DNA of 64,000 bases from Eledone cirrhosa. Lineage: Eukaryota. How positions within the stretch are numbered: the stretch's first letter is position 1; each line of letters starts with the position of its first letter. Of the stretch, positions 61,370 to 64,000 are shown in pieces. The stretch lies in NCBI GenBank assembly GCA_964016885.1, contig CAXHJY010000976.1, positions 1-64,000 on the forward strand. The letters run 5' to 3'. The notes beneath the pieces were generated by a model. The model was not told the DNA's origin. It did not search any database and saw only the letters and a program-made list of their open reading frames with translations. The position numbers and the translations under genes were made by a program.

Positions 61370-61796
61370 CCTGTGTCAGTGTTGAACAAAAAGGTGACGT
61401 GGTTGCCTTAACACCGTATGGCATAAATTCAGGCTGTTCAGTTTGTTTACAAACGAACAAAGCGACGTTATAATAAGCGCCGCTAAACTGATACGTGCAT
61501 ATATGTATGTGTACCTGTATGCATATGTATATATATATGTATATATATATATATATGTGCATGCTACTGTACGTCTGTATACATATATGTATGTACGTAT
61601 ACATGCATACTTACATTTAAGTAAGTGCCATACTAAGAGTGAGAAATGAAATTTCGTTTTCATTTTGTTTCAATTTATCGTTTTCGGTATGCCTGACCGA
61701 TTTAACTCACTCAATATGCAAATTAGGCTGCTCAGCCGTTAATTTTCATAAGGAAAGTATATACTTTCGAACGTTCAACTATCTGGCAGATGGGTA

Positions 61797-61841
61797 AACG
61801 GTGCTGATGATAGCTAACAAGCTTGAAACTAGTACATCGTT
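61797..61841 (+). ncRNA. Hammerhead copy 6
   Basis: Identical to copy 1. Confidence 0.85.
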
Positions 61842-62262
61842 CCTGTGTCAGTGTTGAACAAAAAGGTGACGTGGTTGCCTTAACACCGTATGGCATAAAT
61901 TCAGGCTGTTCAGTTTGTTTACAAGCGAACAAAGCGACGTTATAATAAGCGCCGCTAAACTGATACGTGCATATATGTATGTGTACCTGTATGCATATGT
62001 ATGTATATATATATATATATATGTGCATGCTACTGTACGTCTGTATACATATATGTATGTACGTATACATGCATACTTACATTTAAGTAAGTGCCATACT
62101 AAGAGTGAGAAATGAAATTTCGTTTTCATTTTGTTTCAATTTATCGTTTTCGGTATGCCTTACCGATTTAACTCACTCAATATGCAAATTAGGCTGCTCA
62201 GCCGTTAATTTTCATAAGGAAAGTATATACTTTCGAACGTTCAACTATCTGGCAGATGGGTA

Positions 62263-62307
62263 AACGGTGCTGATGATAGCTAACAAGCTTGAAACTAGTA
62301 CATCGTT
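62263..62307 (+). ncRNA. Hammerhead copy 7
   Basis: Identical to copy 1. Confidence 0.85.
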
Positions 62308-62613
62308 CCTGTGTCAGTGTTGAACAAAAAGGTGACGTGGTTGCCTTAACACCGTATGGCATAAATTCAGGCTGTTCAGTTTGTTTACAAACGAACAAAG
62401 CGACGTTATAATAAGCGCCGCTAAACTGATACGTGCATATATGTATGTGTACCTGTATGCATATGTATATATATATGTATATATATATATATATGTGCAT
62501 GCTACTGTACGTCTGTATACATATATGTATGTACGTATACATGCATACTTACATTTAAGTAAGTGCCATACTAAGAGTGAGAAATGAAATTTCGTTTTCA
62601 TTTTGTTTCAATT

Positions 62614-62657
<44 letters not shown>

Positions 62658-62658
62658 G

Positions 62659-62693
<35 letters not shown>

Positions 62694-62694
62694 C

Positions 62695-62725
<31 letters not shown>

Positions 62726-62812
62726 CATATATATATACATATATATATATATACGTATATACATATATATATATATACGTATATACATATATATATATAT
62801 ATACGTATATAC

Positions 62813-62843
<31 letters not shown>

Positions 62844-62844
62844 C

Positions 62845-64000
62845 ATAAAATACGTATTTAAGAAAGCCACAACAATGCAGAGGGAAATCTCGAGGTAGGA
62901 AGTGAAAGATAGATAGGAAAAACAGGTGAAAGTGAAAATTGAGAGAGACAAAGATGAAAACAAAACAAAGGTAGAAGGGTTACCGTAGTAGAGATTTAAT
63001 CCCAATATTTCGGGCTCACGCCCATCAACGGGGGAAAGTTCCAAAAGGGGGGGAACAGGCCAAGCGGAGAAAGTTGTGATGTCGTTAAGACAGGAATGCC
63101 GTTATGGGGAGAAAATTATTTAAAATTTAAACGAGGGAAAGAATGCGCGTGCGCGTGATAGGCTGTGGCAAAAGCTACTGACCAAATGGGTTAAATCAAG
63201 AGGGTGCGCTAGCGTGTGAAAGCCGTAAGATATGTGTGTGTAAATATATATGTGTGTGTAACTGTGTGTGTATAGGTGTGTGTATATGTGTGAGTGCGTT
63301 TGTGTGTGAAAGATAGTGGGCTGTAGAAGCTGGAAATCAAAGGGTGTGAAAGGTGGTAGGTTGTAAAAACATGTGTGCGTGTATAAATAGATGTGTGTGT
63401 ATGCGTATGGGTATGCATATACGTGCGTGTGTGTGAAGATAGCAGGCCGTAGGCTGTGAATGGTCACTATGGTTAAGTTAGCCATGTCAGCTCATTTCTC
63501 TCAGCCCGGTTGTTAAGTGGGGGTCTGAGGTTCTTAATAACAAGTGCTTCCTTTATCCTTAAGGATCCGATGCTGCGTTCAGTCGCTAGGACTGTGACTA
63601 AGGGTCTACCCTGTGGGTTTCCGCATTTAAGGATGTGTTTACGGAAGGAAGTTGCGTTGGTGTTGATATATTCCTTGATACGAACATGTAGGGGTCGGAT
63701 GGTGCTACCTATGTAAAACTTGTTACATTTATCGCATTGAATCTTATATACGACATAGGTGCGTAGGCAATCTGCCCCCCGTATCGGGCAGTTGCTGAGG
63801 GAACACGTCCCATCTGACTCGTCGGGTTTGTTGGAGAGGCATCTTCGCAGCGAAGGTCCTGTGTGGGCCAAATGTATGTCAAGTCCCTCCGTCCGTATGG
63901 CCCTGCGGATGGCGTTCGTGGTATATTCACTCAGGTGGGGGATTTTAAAGAAGCACCTGCTATTATTTAATTTTCTAGTGGGTGTCTGTCTATTGGGTCT
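62845..64000 (-). mobile_element. Penelope-like element 3' end (GIY-YIG endonuclease plus pLTR region), continuing beyond the window
   Basis: VVYKIQCDKCNKFYIGST.RPLHVRIKE...LRIKEALVI...LN; decayed hammerhead at 63000-63035. Confidence 0.85.
63473..63871 (-). pseudogene. Penelope GIY-YIG endonuclease domain, frame apparently broken upstream
   Basis: VVY-x3-C-x2-C-x3-YIG, R-x3-R, EA and terminal LN motifs. Confidence 0.82.

Larger units (their letters stand above)
59200..62614 (+). mobile_element. Tandem array of ~470-bp hammerhead-containing units (candidate non-LTR retrozyme), ~7.3 copies
   Basis: Near-identical units; hammerhead spacing 460, 474, 472, 474, 472, 466 bp; no credible ORF; flanked by (TA)n. 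Confidence 0.85.

Noticed and set aside
59380-62601. Repeated 60-114-aa ORFs in the tandem array
   Set aside because: They start in or run through microsatellite, change frame between units and show no domain; RNA structure explains the unit better
59200-62614. CRISPR array or tandem snRNA/5S/tRNA gene cluster
   Set aside because: No unique spacers and a eukaryotic context; no recognisable snRNA, 5S or cloverleaf sequence

Overview
AT-rich animal genomic window. The SINE types, RTE LINEs and very long (TA)n tracts suggest a cephalopod such as octopus (inference). It holds one complete spliced gene, TMEM68 (DIESL-type acyltransferase, 9 coding exons, 322 aa, + strand, 35252-45963), and a probable unidentified spliced gene on the - strand (21.7-24.8 kb). 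Transposon content: RTE-clade LINEs whose ORF carries a PHD finger inside the RT region, a Penelope GIY-YIG end, Mariner, Helitron, hAT and Tc1/pogo MITE remnants, many tRNA-derived SINEs, and kilobases of (TA)n microsatellite. Nearly all YIYI-type ORFs in the track are microsatellite artefacts. The main find is a near-identical tandem array of ~470-bp hairpin-rich units at 59.2-62.6 kb. Seven units each carry a minimal type I hammerhead ribozyme with a palindromic stem III, making this a candidate non-LTR retrozyme (circular-RNA retroelement) array with a 946-bp dimeric higher-order repeat. About seven further dispersed hammerhead motifs occur, including a U3-A8 compensated core variant, and most lie inside inverted duplications typical of Penelope-like pLTRs. 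All folds were done by eye; no ribozyme activity is demonstrated.
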